Assembly: GCA_013239625.1 (NCBI GenBank)
Contig: MU054391.1
Coordinates: 1,889,130-1,953,129, forward strand
Direction: 5' to 3'
Origin: Lama guanicoe
Taxonomy: Eukaryota
DNA: 64,000 bases
The position numbers were made by a program, and so were the translations under genes. Below, piece after piece: positions 47,403 to 59,007 of this stretch. Below the pieces are notes generated by a model. It saw only the letters and a list, made by a program, of their open reading frames with translations. It did not search any database and was not told where the DNA came from. Position 1 is the stretch's first letter. Each line of letters begins with the position of its first letter.

Positions 47403-49907
47403 ATCCAAGCTGCTTCTCATAGGAATTAATTCATATTTTAAAATTGCTCTGTCAAGTCTATGTAGCTTCCTCAGCACCAACTGGCTGCCCCAGTCCCCAG
47501 GGTCCATTTATAACTATAAATCCACACGGGGCGGCTCAGAGGCTGCGGCTCTGACAGCATCAGAAACCTCTCAGGAGGCATCTCTGGCCCTAAATGGGGT
47601 CTGCTTTGCTTATTCTGTGGAATAATAAATGTCACTCAAAGTGTGTCTGGAAACAATCACAGGATTAAAAATTTTGGGTGGATCCAACATCTTTATCTAC
47701 ATATGGCAGATGAAATGATTATTTAAGTCCTTTCAGGCCAAAAGTCGCTTCACACAGAAATAGCTGTGGAAAAAGCGAGGTCATAGCTCACATATTCGAG
47801 AGAAGAGAACGGCCCTCAGTCCCCCTGGCCAACTCGCAGACTGAGCAGCCGGAGGCTCTGTGATTTGTGAAAGTGTGTTTTCCTTCCACATGAAATAGGC
47901 AGAGACACTGGGCATACAGTTGCTGATGTTTAGTGAGTGGTTCCAGGCAGCGCGCTGACCACTGAACACCCATGGAGACGTCCGTTCAGACCTGGGAAAC
48001 AAGCAGCCCCCGCGGGGGCCGTGTGACCCCCGGACGGCAGCCCGGCCCTCAGAGTGCAGCTGCCCCCTGGTGGCTTCTGGGCAGTTGCTGGGTCGCTCCT
48101 TACGTGAGAACTTCCGATTCGTGGTCTAAATCTACAGGTGTGGCTTTCGTCTTCCATCGAAGTGATTCTCGCTTTTAATAAAACAATCATCATTCAGTTT
48201 TATGTGTTGGCTCTCCACCCGCATGGAGAGTCTGGCGGAACCATTTATCAACAACGGATTACGTCTCACCACGCCGAGGGCCTCTCCTTTCCACTGTACG
48301 AAGCATTTTAATTATTACTCCGGGATTGCTACAGGAAAAGGGAACAAATGAAGTGCTGCGCTGACTGAATAAAGAATGCGCATCGGAATTTTTAAAGGAA
48401 AACACAGCAATCTTACTTCCCAGGTGTCCAAAGATCCAGCGTATCTGGGATGGTTCCCCACCCTGGAGGAGAACGAAAGGAGCCCTATTGGGTAGAAAGT
48501 GGGTTTCTGTCCAAAGTAAGTTGTGCAGACCAGGTGGTAGCTCAGCATTAAAACGTATGTTCATCTGTTAATGACCCAGTTATCACATAATATGAAAACG
48601 TGTTAAAGTTTCATGAGATTTTAATAAATCACCGGCCCCTGAATCCATGTGTGTAGATGACCGTCTCTGACCGTGCAAGTGAAACCTCTGTGTCCTACGT
48701 CTGTCCCCTGTGCCTGCGGAGTTCAGTCAGTGTAATCCTTTGAATAGGGAAAGGCATTCCCGTTGTGTAACTCTTTGTGGAAAATTCAAATTACTTAAAA
48801 AGTTACCAAATATGAGCCTGTTAAAGAAAGAGTAAGCCTGCCTACAAGGGGCCTCTGTCGTGGTGCTAGCGGGGTGGGAAGCTGGAGCTAAGCAGGCGGG
48901 GCTGGGGCCGGCCGACAGAGGATCGGGGGGCCTGCAGAGCGTGGGTCTGGCTGGGTGGGACCGCAGAGCGTCACTGAGTGTCTTCCAGGCGGGACGCAGC
49001 ATGACCACATTTATCCGTGAACTTGACTCTAGAGACCTGGGTCTGTGTGGGCGGCTGGACCAACCCGGGAGGAGTGAAAGCAAGAAGACCCAGCAGGCCA
49101 CGCACGGTGGGGGGAGATGCCACTGGCCGGGCCGGCAGTGAGGCTGGAGGGAGGACCAGGTCCAGGGTGATTTCACTGCCAGTGTGACCCGGGTGGGTGA
49201 TCGGGGGCTGGGGGTCGCGTGGAGGTCCAGCGCGAGTCTCCAGGCATCTGACTCGGGCATCCGGGGGCTGCAGGGAGGCTGGCGTCAGGGGCCCGGCGTC
49301 AGCCCAGAGCGTTCCCCGCGGAGACTGCCGGCCCCCTGCCTCTAAGCTCCCTGTCCTTCCACCTCAGCCTGAGATAATCTCAGTGGAGAAGTGCAGCCTT
49401 GTTGCCACGCTTCCAGATCAGTTTTCCATAAGAATAAAAGGCAAACACGTCAGAAACTTCTGAACAGGTTAAATGTGCAAATATTTGAAGCGATGTTTAC
49501 GGAAACTCGTGACTCAGTCTCTGCAGTCTGCCACAGTCTTTATTGTAGAGGAGTCTCTCAGTTCCTCAGCCCATGTATACATAACACGACGTGGGAAGTA
49601 GCAACATTCATTGTAAGCTCTGAGAGCGTTCCCCTTCGTTTGAAGGATATAAACATTGAATATTTATATTTTAAAGAAAAGGATGAGCTATGCTGGGTTA
49701 CTTTTCAATAATTTTCTGTGAATTCCATAAAAAGATTATGAATACCATAAATCTCAGTTTATTAAAATAATGACATCTGCTGGGTGAAGTGACAGGTGAT
49801 TCAGTCAAATAGGGAAAATACCAATGTTGGATATATGACACCTTTTTCATCGATCCTGAGGTTCCATTTGTATTGGTGTCGGTGGACCTGATTTTCCGAT
49901 CTTCCAT
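47403..49907 (-). pseudogene. Chain of fossil exons: 49907-49842 (66 nt), 48564-48417 (148 nt), 48328-48104 (225 nt), 47614-47403
   Basis: Phase-compatible join MEDRKIRS...SMKK|MNIRFNAELPPGLHNLLWTETHFLPNRAPFVLLQGGEPSQIRWIFGHLG|TIPE**LKCFVQWKGEALGVVRRNPLLING...; donors gtgtca, gtaaga, gtaagg; 88-nt intron at 48329-48416. Confidence 0.6.
48056..48075 (-). promoter_or_regulatory. CTCF-like motif
   Basis: Reverse complement agccaccagggggcagctgc matches the CCACCAGGGGGCRG core. Confidence 0.5.
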
Positions 49908-50223
49908 CTGAAGCCGTCAGACACACAGGAAGAAAGCAATGACCAAGCAAGCGTCAGCCAGCATGCAGACGGGCCGAGTCAGGAGGGAGATTAACAAGGA
50001 GCTAGGAAACCTGGTTCACGGGCCAGATCCTGCCTCTTCAGGCCCAGAGCTAAGATGCAGGTGCTTCCCAGCCCTCGGTGTCCTCTCACGCAGCACGTTC
50101 ATACCTTCAGGAAGGCACTGCGCTGTAGTGTGTCTCTGTCTCCTACGGCTGTCCCCATGCAGGAACCAGGGACGCTGGGGCTGAGGCTTTAATATAGCAA
50201 CTTCTGGAGGGTGTGCTGTTCAG

Positions 50224-50828
50224 TGTTGCTGGTGATTAAGTTCTTGTCTCATTGCAGAAAGAATTCAGAGGGGAGACATGGAGGGCAAGAAAACAAAGTG
50301 AGGATTTGTTAAGTGATAGGACGCTCTCGGGGGAGAGTGGGCAGCCTCAGGTGAGCAGCTGCCCTGAGTTCTTTGGCAGGCTGGTTACACAGGGTGTGAC
50401 AATGAATGGGCAGGATATTCATTGGAGGGGAGCAGTTTGGGATCATAATCCCTGATTTCCATCCCAGCTCCTCCTTCCTGAGGGGAGGAGGGATTTTTGT
50501 CCTTATTTAGTCTGGATCAGAAGTGTCATGACCTTGGTGCATGATGGGAACTTCTAATCTGCAAGGCTAATTTATTGTAATGAGGGTGTAATGAGCAAAA
50601 GGTTATATTCAGACCCTGGAGATTCCTGCCTTTTCCCACCTTTCTTTGTTGGCCTCCAGGACTCTTGTCACCCCAAAATGTGTGATTTCCTATCAGCCCA
50701 GAGGTTCCTGCTTTTCTCTGTCTGCCCAGGGATCTGCGTTGCTCACAAGATGCAAGATGCATGGCCTCCTTCCATTTGGCCTGTGGCCCGTTTCTCTGCT
50801 CATACCTAGCTACCTGCCTGCTCTGACA
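50224..50828 (-). mobile_element. ERV solo LTR, same family as 33346-33945, inverted
   Basis: End-to-end similarity to the reverse complement of 33346-33945; TG...CA ends; no clean TSD. Confidence 0.85.
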
Positions 50829-50939
50829 CTCAAGTGATAAAGTCTTATTAAACGGGTCTCACCTCAGAGCTGGTTAAGGATGCTTTTCAGTCTTTCAAAT
50901 ATCCATATATATTTAACAAAATAGGTAACCTCTTTTCTT

Positions 50940-52030
50940 TTGTTATTTTTAAAAATTGTATTTTATTGTGGTAAGAACACTTCACGTGATTTTTAGTTGC
51001 AGAAAACAGTGTTGTTAACTATGGGCACCACGTCGTACAGCAGGTCTCCAGAACTGATTCGCCTTGCGTGAGTGAGACTCTGTACCTGTGAACGATGTCC
51101 CACATCTTTCTCCCCCCGCACCACCGTTTTGCTCTGTGCTCCTGAGTGCGACAAGTCTAGTATCTCACAGGCAGTGTTTGTCCTTCTGTGAGGGCTTATT
51201 CCACTCAGCATAATGTCCCCAAGACTCATCCATTTGGTCACGGATTGTCAGATTCCCTTCTTTTTCAACATTCCACCCTGTGTATGTACTATGTTTTCTC
51301 ATCCTGTGTCCGCCTGTCCGTTAGTTTGTTTCCACATCCTGGCTGTTGTGAGTCGCACTGCAGTGAACACAGGAGTGCTTGTATTTCTTCAAGATCCTAA
51401 TTTCGATTCTTTTGGATAAATACCCTAGAGTGGGACTGCTGGATCACATGGTAGCTCTATTTTCAGTTTTTCAAGGACCCTCGGTACTGTTTTCCATAGT
51501 GGCTGCACCATTTTGCATTCTTGCCAACAGCGAACAAGAGTTCCAGTTTCTCCACATCCTCACCCACACCTGCTGCCCCCCGCAATGACCACCATTCTAA
51601 CAGGTATGAGGGGATCTCACTGTAGTTTCGATTTACATTTCCCTTATGATTAGTGATACTGAGCATTTTTCTTGTATCTGTTGGTCATCTGTGTGTCTTC
51701 TTTGAGGAAAAGTCTATTCAAGTCTTCAGCCCATTTTAAAAATCAGGTTATTAGGTTTTTTTTTTTCCTAATGAATTGTAGGAGTTCCTTATATACTTTG
51801 GAAGTTAACTCATTATCAGACACATATATGTGGTTTGCAAGTATTTCTCTCATTCCACAGGTTGCCTTTTTGCTCTGTTGAATGTCTCCTTTGCATATAT
51901 GTATTTTAAGATTCTTTTCCATTACAGTTCATTACAGAACTTGAATATGGTTCCTGGTGCTATACAGTAGTCCTTGTTGTTTACCTATTTTCTATACGTA
52001 GTAGTGTGTATCTGTCAATCCCAAATCCCT
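50940..52030 (-). mobile_element. L1 (L1MA/MB-like) ORF2 end and 3' UTR, plus a younger L1 3' fragment
   Basis: ggataaataccctagagtgggactgctggatcacatggtagctctattttcag...; ORF KWMSLGDIMLSGIS. Confidence 0.85.
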
Positions 52031-52289
52031 AAAGAAGCCTTTTACTTTGATGGATAAGACACCAACAGCACAAGCAATATAAGTGAGAACAGACAAGTGG
52101 GACCCCATCAAACTCTAATGTGTCTGTGCTTACGAGAACCAACTGAATTCCCAGAAGGTCCGGTACGTTTCGTGGTTCTTACTTTTTAATGATTCTGGAC
52201 TCATACAAGGTGTGGGCACCAGAGGCAGCCTTCCTGCTTTGTGACGCGGACCTGCTCTCTGAGAAACGCTGTGCCCCGATACACTCCCA

Positions 52290-52930
52290 CAGCCAGTGGA
52301 GACGGGGAAAGACGGTTCAACTTCGCTGCTCAGTAAACAAACGAAAATGAAGCCAGTGCTGTCAGCAGCTTCTACTTATAACATTGGTAGGTACGAAGCA
52401 GTCACCTCCAGCCCAGGAGCGTGAACACCCCTGTTAGCCAGGGTGGGGGCGCAGGTTCTTGGAGGACAGTCTGGCTGTCAGACGTGCTGGCCGTGTATGT
52501 GCAGAGTCCGTGACTTGGCACCATCTTGAGGAAGTAACCGAGACTTAAAGAAAAGAATTTTACCAAATAAACGGTTTATTATATTTGAAATTAGAGGTTT
52601 TCTAAGTGACTAATGATATGAAATTGATTAAATAAATATGGTCCACCCCTACACTGAAACACTATCCAGCCGTTTAAAATCTTATAGATGAACATTTATT
52701 GCCGTAGAAAGTTGCTCATGAAATTGGACGTTAAATAAAAGAGGCAATCTGGGTCATAAAATATCAGGTGTGCTACATTCCTGTTCTTGTAGGAATATGT
52801 GCTGTAACAACCTGGATGAATACTGGACGGCAACAGTGGCTGTGTCTGGTGGTGTGTTTTTTACCTTTCTTTTTACTTGCCTCTATTTTTCTTACAACAA
52901 AAATGTATTGTTTTTGTAATCAGAAAAGGA
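52290..52930 (+). mobile_element. Ancient L1ME-like 3' fragment
   Basis: attgattaaataaatatggtccac...aacactatccagccgtttaaaat; ...aaaatgtattgtttttgtaatcagaaaa. Confidence 0.55.
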
Positions 52931-53695
52931 GTTATAAATGTGTGATCTCCTCTCACCTTTAACCATTTTTTTCTGGGTCTTAAGCCGCCAGTGCAAGGGG
53001 ATGTCAGCCCACTTACAGCCTGGATACCAGAGTTTATGTCCTGTTTGTTGTTTTAGGCTGGGAGGTACCTTAAAATGCTGTTTTCTTAACATTTCTTGAT
53101 TCTGCACGTATTATACTACGTAGCTTGTGGCCTGGTAGCTGCGTGGCCCTGTGTGTCAATGCTGTAATCCTAACCCCTAGGAGGTCAGAGTGGGCACTCA
53201 GTAGACCAAATTCAGTTTTTATTCCTTGAAGAAATGCTGGTTAGGTTGACAGGCAGACTCCCTCAGTGATGAGGGAATCCGAGATGCGAGGGCGATCTGC
53301 AGTGCCGTGGGAGTGAGAGGCCCTTGTGAATCCGATTTAACTGAACAGAATTTGAAAACATTAAACACACAGAACACTTTCTCCTGGAGCTTTGCCTGAA
53401 TTAAGGAGTGTAGGAAGTACTGACTTTACAGAGCTCAGTAGGACCGTTACTTGTGACTGAATGCCAGGTTAAGTGAATGGAGAGCAGCCAAGCACAGGCT
53501 GTGAGTCTACAGACATCGGGGGCCACAGAGAACACCCCTCACCACCTGGGTTTCCTTCAGGTCCAGCCAAACGCCTGGCTCTCCCCTCTCTCGATTTCTC
53601 ACCTCCTTAGATGCAACCAGCCAGTCTCCCCTGTCTGACACCTTGAGAGAAACTACACTCTACTCAGAGTTCTTCATTTAAAAAATGAAATAGCC

Positions 53696-54358
53696 AGAAA
53701 AGGGAACCCACCACTGTTGGTGGGAATGTAATTTGGTGCCTTGACTACGGCAGACAGTATGAAGGTTCCTTATAAAACTAAAAATAGACTTAGCATATGA
53801 TCCAGCAATCCCACTCCTGGGCATAGATCTGGAGAAAACTCCAGTTGGAAAAGATACATCCACCCCAGTGTCCATAGCAGCACTGTTTACAACAGCCAAG
53901 ATGTAGAAGCAACCTAACTGCCCATCAACAGATGACTGGATAAAGAAGATGTGGAATACTACTCAGCCATAAAAAAGAAAAACGCATTTGCAGCAACGTG
54001 AATGGACCTAGAGATTATCACTAAGTGAAGTCAGAGAAAGACAAATATCATATGATGTCACTTCTATGTGGACTCTAAAAACATGACACAAATAAACTTA
54101 TTTACAAACTCACAGACATAGAAAATACACTTATGGTTACTGAAGAGGGAAGGGGATGAGGGATAAATGGGATTAGCAGGTACAGACTACTATACGTAGA
54201 AAGATAAACAAGGACTTGCTGTACCGCACAGGGAACTATACTCAATAACTGGTAACAACCCATAATAAAAAGAATATGAAAAAAGAGTAAATATTTATAT
54301 TGAGTCACTGTGCTGTACACCAGAAACCAACACATTGTACATCAACTGTACTTCAGTA
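53696..54358 (+). mobile_element. 5'-truncated L1 with 16-bp TSD
   Basis: TSD aaaaaatgaaatagcc at 53680-53695 and 54359-54374, preceded by a ttt|aaaa endonuclease site; contains ORF2 C-terminus and 3' UTR. Confidence 0.92.
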
Positions 54359-54579
54359 AAAAAATGAAATAGCCCACGAACCTGCAAAGCCTTGTCTTTT
54401 AGCTTCCTGTTTATCCGATTCCCCGATCTCACGGTCTGAGGGACGCTGAGGACCAGGCTAAGAGGGTTGGAGACAAGTCAGTTGTTAAGATCCAGTCAAG
54501 AGCCCAGTGTCAGGGGACCATTTCTTTCTATAATTCTGATGAAAGCACACACATAATACTGCGTTCAGAAAAAAATTCT

Positions 54580-54950
54580 ATTTATTTATTAAAATAAAAA
54601 AAATGTAAGTATAGTCAGTGACAATGTGTTAATTTCTGGTGTACAGTGTAACGTCCCAGTCATACATGTACATACATACATTTGTTTTCATATTCTTTTT
54701 ATTAAAGGTTATTACAAGGTATTGAAATAGTTTCCTGTGCTGTACAGAAAAAAATCATTTTTTATCTATTTTTATATACGGTAGGTAGTATTGGCAGACC
54801 TTCAACTTCCAAATTTATCCCTTCCCACTGCTTTCCCCGGGTAACTGTGAGATTGTTTACCATGTCTGTGAGTCTGTTTCTGTTTTGTAGATGCGTTCAT
54901 TAGTGTCTGTTTTCTTTTTCTGGATTCCACGTATAAGTGATATCATATCG
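54580..54950 (-). mobile_element. 5'-truncated L1 3' end with ~10-bp TSD gaaaaaaatt
   Basis: gaaaaaaatt at 54568 and 54951; L1 3' UTR motifs. Confidence 0.8.
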
Positions 54951-55574
54951 GAAAAAAATTTTGTGGAGCACAGAAAATGCTATCCTATCTTTCCTCTGAA
55001 AACGTAAATATTTGACTCCTTTCTGCCCACAGTAAGTAGCTGTAGCTGTGCAGACGAGAAGCGTGCGTGTTAAGCACAGTCAATGTTTGCTTTCCAATTT
55101 ACCTCGAACAGCAACCCTGTTTTACCACCTACGGCTACGCCCTCCCACGTCGCTTGTAGGAGAAGAAGGAGACACACTACCAGAGATAGTACAAGAAATT
55201 AAGTGTCAGCTTCCTGACTCTTAGGGCTCTATAACCCGAGTTCTCAAAACCTGCTGGCTCTTACTTTATTATCGAGGAACTACGGTAAACTGATTACGCA
55301 TCTCAGAGTTCAGGTGAGAACTGAAGATTTCAGAATCTGTTTTCTAAGTGTTCTCAGCTAGAGCACGGGCTCCTCCTGGGGGCCGCCGGACCCAGCGAGG
55401 CAAGGCTGCCTCAGTGTGTCAGTACAGTCGTGCCAGCTGTGTCTACAGACTGGGTTGGACACGTACTTTCAACGGCAAATTTCTTATTGATAAAAACCTT
55501 CATAATCGTCGTGTCGGCTTTTGGGAGTGTGTATCGCGCTTACTTAACATTTCCCAATTCCTGTATTTATTTAC

Positions 55575-56281
55575 TCCTTAGGCTTTGATGAGAGAACTCA
55601 GCTCGGCCCCCGTGGAGTCTCATTTGAGAACCTCTGGGAGGAGAGACAGGGTCTGCAATCCCTTGGGAAGGCGGGAGGATGTCACTTCCGGTGCTGAAAC
55701 ATCTCAAGAGGCTCCACGTGAGAGCTGAGCCGCCCGGGAGAGAAGGAAGGCCTCTGGGTCCGCTGCGCACTCGGCTCCTTGTCGGTGACAGCAGTGTCCT
55801 GACATGGTGAGAGGCAGAGAGGTGCTGCTGTAAATGCCAGGTCTGACTATTTCCGAGTTCCACGAGGACGTCTCCAGGACACCTGCCTGTGACGTTCTGT
55901 CTCTTTTCTGTGACTAATACACTTTTAATAACTTTTGAAAACACTCCTAAATAATAAAACAAATTATTACTGCTTCACAAAAGCATTGGGGAACAACTCC
56001 CCCTGAGCCAACCGTATCCTTTCAGGAATCCGAGCCACCTGTGTCCCACACAGCGTGAGCGCTCGGCCAGCCTCCCTGCTTGCACTCATCGAACAAAGCA
56101 AGAGCTTTACTTGTCAGCTAAGCTGTAGCTTGGAATCGGCCACCATTTCCCCAGGAAAGCCGCCCTTTCTCCAAAACACAGCCATCCAATCAGCTTCAAC
56201 TCCTAATGAAATCTGCTGTCTGAAAATTAGGGATTTCTGTGTGGATCACCTCTTCATTGACCAGACAAAGTACCTGTTTTC
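55575..56281 (-). pseudogene. Two fossil exons: 56281-56111 (171 nt) and 55946-55575 (372 nt, open frame)
   Basis: AG/GT boundaries, both phase 1/1; KQVLCLVNEEVIHTEIPNFQTADFIRS* and VFSKVIKSVLVTEKRQNV... Confidence 0.5.
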
Positions 56282-58610
56282 CTGCAATGCTTAGCAGTTT
56301 GTGTTTTTTGTAGCCACGTTGTTGTCTGCACTAATGATGATTTACTTGCAAAGCAGCCCACCGTGAGAGCGGCCAAGATAAACCTGAGGTCATGACCTCG
56401 AGATAAAAAGCCAGTGTCAGTGTCAATAAAAGCTCAGAACAGATCTGGCTTCTGAGTATTTTTGTGGATTTAAGGCAACTTGGATCGGAGGAAGGACTTA
56501 GATAGCCCCTGTGGGCACTGACAAGTGACTTTGCACGGAGTCACGGGACTTGACCATTTTACAAGACAATCGCGGCTGTGCTGGATTCTGTCTCCCCAGG
56601 TCCATTGCTGAGGTGGCGGCTAGAAGGGTGAGGAGGGGAGTCTGTAGGTTGGTTTAAGTTTTCCCATGTCGGTCCTAGGAAAGCGACTTGCCATCTGGGA
56701 TGTGGAGAATTTACTTTTGGCTCTTCCATTCCCAGAACTTTGTAGCTCTCGTTCTCAAAACCACTGGTTCTCACACGTCTTCAACCCACATCCCCACCCA
56801 CTTTCTGACGTTCAAGGTGGTATCTGCACAGAATCTAGGTGCTTGGGGATGGAAACATGCAACTTGGGAAGGTACCCAAACAGGCAAAATTACTGGGCGC
56901 TTCTGTGGGTCTGCAGTCCGAGGGCTGAGCAAGATACACTCTTCTTAGCAAATCGTAGAAATATTTAATTTGTTTTTATTTTATTAGTTTTCCATTCTTA
57001 TCCACAAAGGGCCTAAGGGCACTTTAAGAAATATATTTATAGCGGAGTTATAAAGTGTGAACCAGAGGGGGACATGCGCACCAGGAGGGCGTGCAAATGA
57101 GCCAACGCGAGGGGCGGGGAGGGGCGGCGTGGACGGGACGGGGCTCCCAACCCGGGTGTCAGGGTGGTTTGTTCTTATGTCGGGCTGTAGTCACAGAGGA
57201 GGAGACTGTGCTCACGTGTTAATGCCAGGTGGCAGCGCCGGGTGCACGGCAGTGGCCCCAGAGCAGTGGGGCTGAGGTCTAGGCCCCTCTTCGTCCCCAG
57301 GTTTTGGTCCTGACAAGCGTTCCGGGCGGCCAGGCTCTCTCTCCCCGGGGTCGGCTCCAGTGACCTGTTCCCTTCTCCCACTGTCTTCCTGGTTTGGCTT
57401 TCAGGCAGGCATGTCTTCCAGCTGCAGCCCTTTTCCAGCAGGAGGCCCTCCACGCAGCTCCAGGCAACGTAAGCGCACTCCTTGCCCGGAGCTCCCCCGC
57501 CTGGGCCCCGCGGCGCTCCAGGCCCAGCACGGGAGCTGGGCTTCGCTCTGAAAGGATGGGCTCCTAGACCCTCCGTGCTCTGTCCTCTTCCACGCACACT
57601 CCTTTCTGATCTCGATGGCTGGGCCTGCCTGCGTCCTCAGGGGAAGAGAGGGCACCATGCAGTCTGGTCTGTATTAAGCACAAGCTATTTGCTGCAAGTC
57701 TTACAAAGCTGATCTCGTTTAGCCCAGGGAGGGAAAGCCATCCACAAGCCAACATACCACGGCTCAGACGCAACGGATGTTCATTCCTTGCTCACTCGCC
57801 TCCTCGGGGGGGGGGTCCTCCAGGACCCCAGCTGCTGGGTGTCCTGCCGGCTTCAGCACGTGCTTTCCTGTCTTCCCTGGGTCGCCTTCCTTCCTCCTTC
57901 CCCGGAGCGCGAAGGAGCAGGGCACGAGGTGGGGCTCCGCCGCTCTGTCCTTGAGCCAGGTCTGGGAGAGGCACACATCTCCATGCGCACCCTGTGGCGG
58001 GAAGCCAGTCACGCAGCCTACCTGGCACACGCAGGGAGGCGGGGACAGGGTCTGCTGTGTGCCCCGGGTCGTGGGAGCACAGCGAGGCCACAGACGGCAC
58101 GCCGGACGGCGGCCGGGGCAGCGGGCAGCCGCCCTGGGCGCTGGCCGGCGCCGCCCGTCGGCAGCAGAGGCGGGCCTAGGGCGCGGGGGTCACCCTTCTC
58201 TCCTAGCAGCCGAGGGAGTGGGGCTCCTGAAAGACACACCCTGATGTCAGCAGCGGGTGAGAGGGATCTGGGGCTGAACCCAGGCTTGCCGAAGCCCAGC
58301 ATTTTTTCACAAAACGTCTCTGTTTGGAGCTGCCATTTCAACATCATTCGCTGTGAAGGCCAGCCCGTTCAGGGCCCCGAAGGCCACGAAGGAAAAAAAT
58401 AGTTAAGCCATTAACCGGTGTGGTGGCGAGTACGTCTCTTCGGAACATTTTTATTCACTTTCCTACAAAAGGGAGAAGGTATTTAATTTTGTGAAAAGTC
58501 AGGCGCTTCGACGGCTGTCACACCTCAGGGTTAGTCACTCGCCGCGTCTGTGACGCGCGCAGCGCTGCCCCCGGTGCGCGGTGAGCGCTCGGTAACTGCT
58601 GAGTTCTCAC

Positions 58611-59007
58611 CCCTGTCGTTTCATAATTTGTGTTGCGCTGACGAGAAAGCGCATCAGACACAAGTACACACTGAAGACATTTGCCCAAGGGCGGTGACGC
58701 TTTCATGGGCCCATTGCCCGCCAGCCTGGGCCACGCCGCCTGCAGGCCCTGCGCTGCTCCAGGCGGCCCTCCGCGCCCTCCGGGGGGAACAGGCAGGAGA
58801 GGCGGTGTGAAGCGGGGCGTTCCTCCCCGCCAGCCTCCCGGCTCCTCTGTGCACTCCAGGTTCTGTCTGAGCCTCTCACAGGGACACATGGCATTCTCCA
58901 TGTGTGTCACCACATCATGTTCTTGGGACGCGTTTTTGTTGACAGGGAAAGATGTGTTGCTGTGACAGAGGCTGACAGCTGCGTGAAAGCCTGTTTTCCT
59001 TTGTCTT
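58611..59007 (-). pseudogene. Candidate fossil exon with open frame (RQRKTGFHAAVSLCHSNTSFPVNKNASQEHDVV...NTNYETTG)
   Basis: gtgtttag| acceptor, ggg|gtgaga donor; lies within ORF 58518-59015. Confidence 0.4.

Noticed and set aside
33346..50828. Full provirus bounded by two LTRs
   Set aside because: LTRs are inverted and diverged, the left one has its own TSD, and there is no gag/pol/env between them
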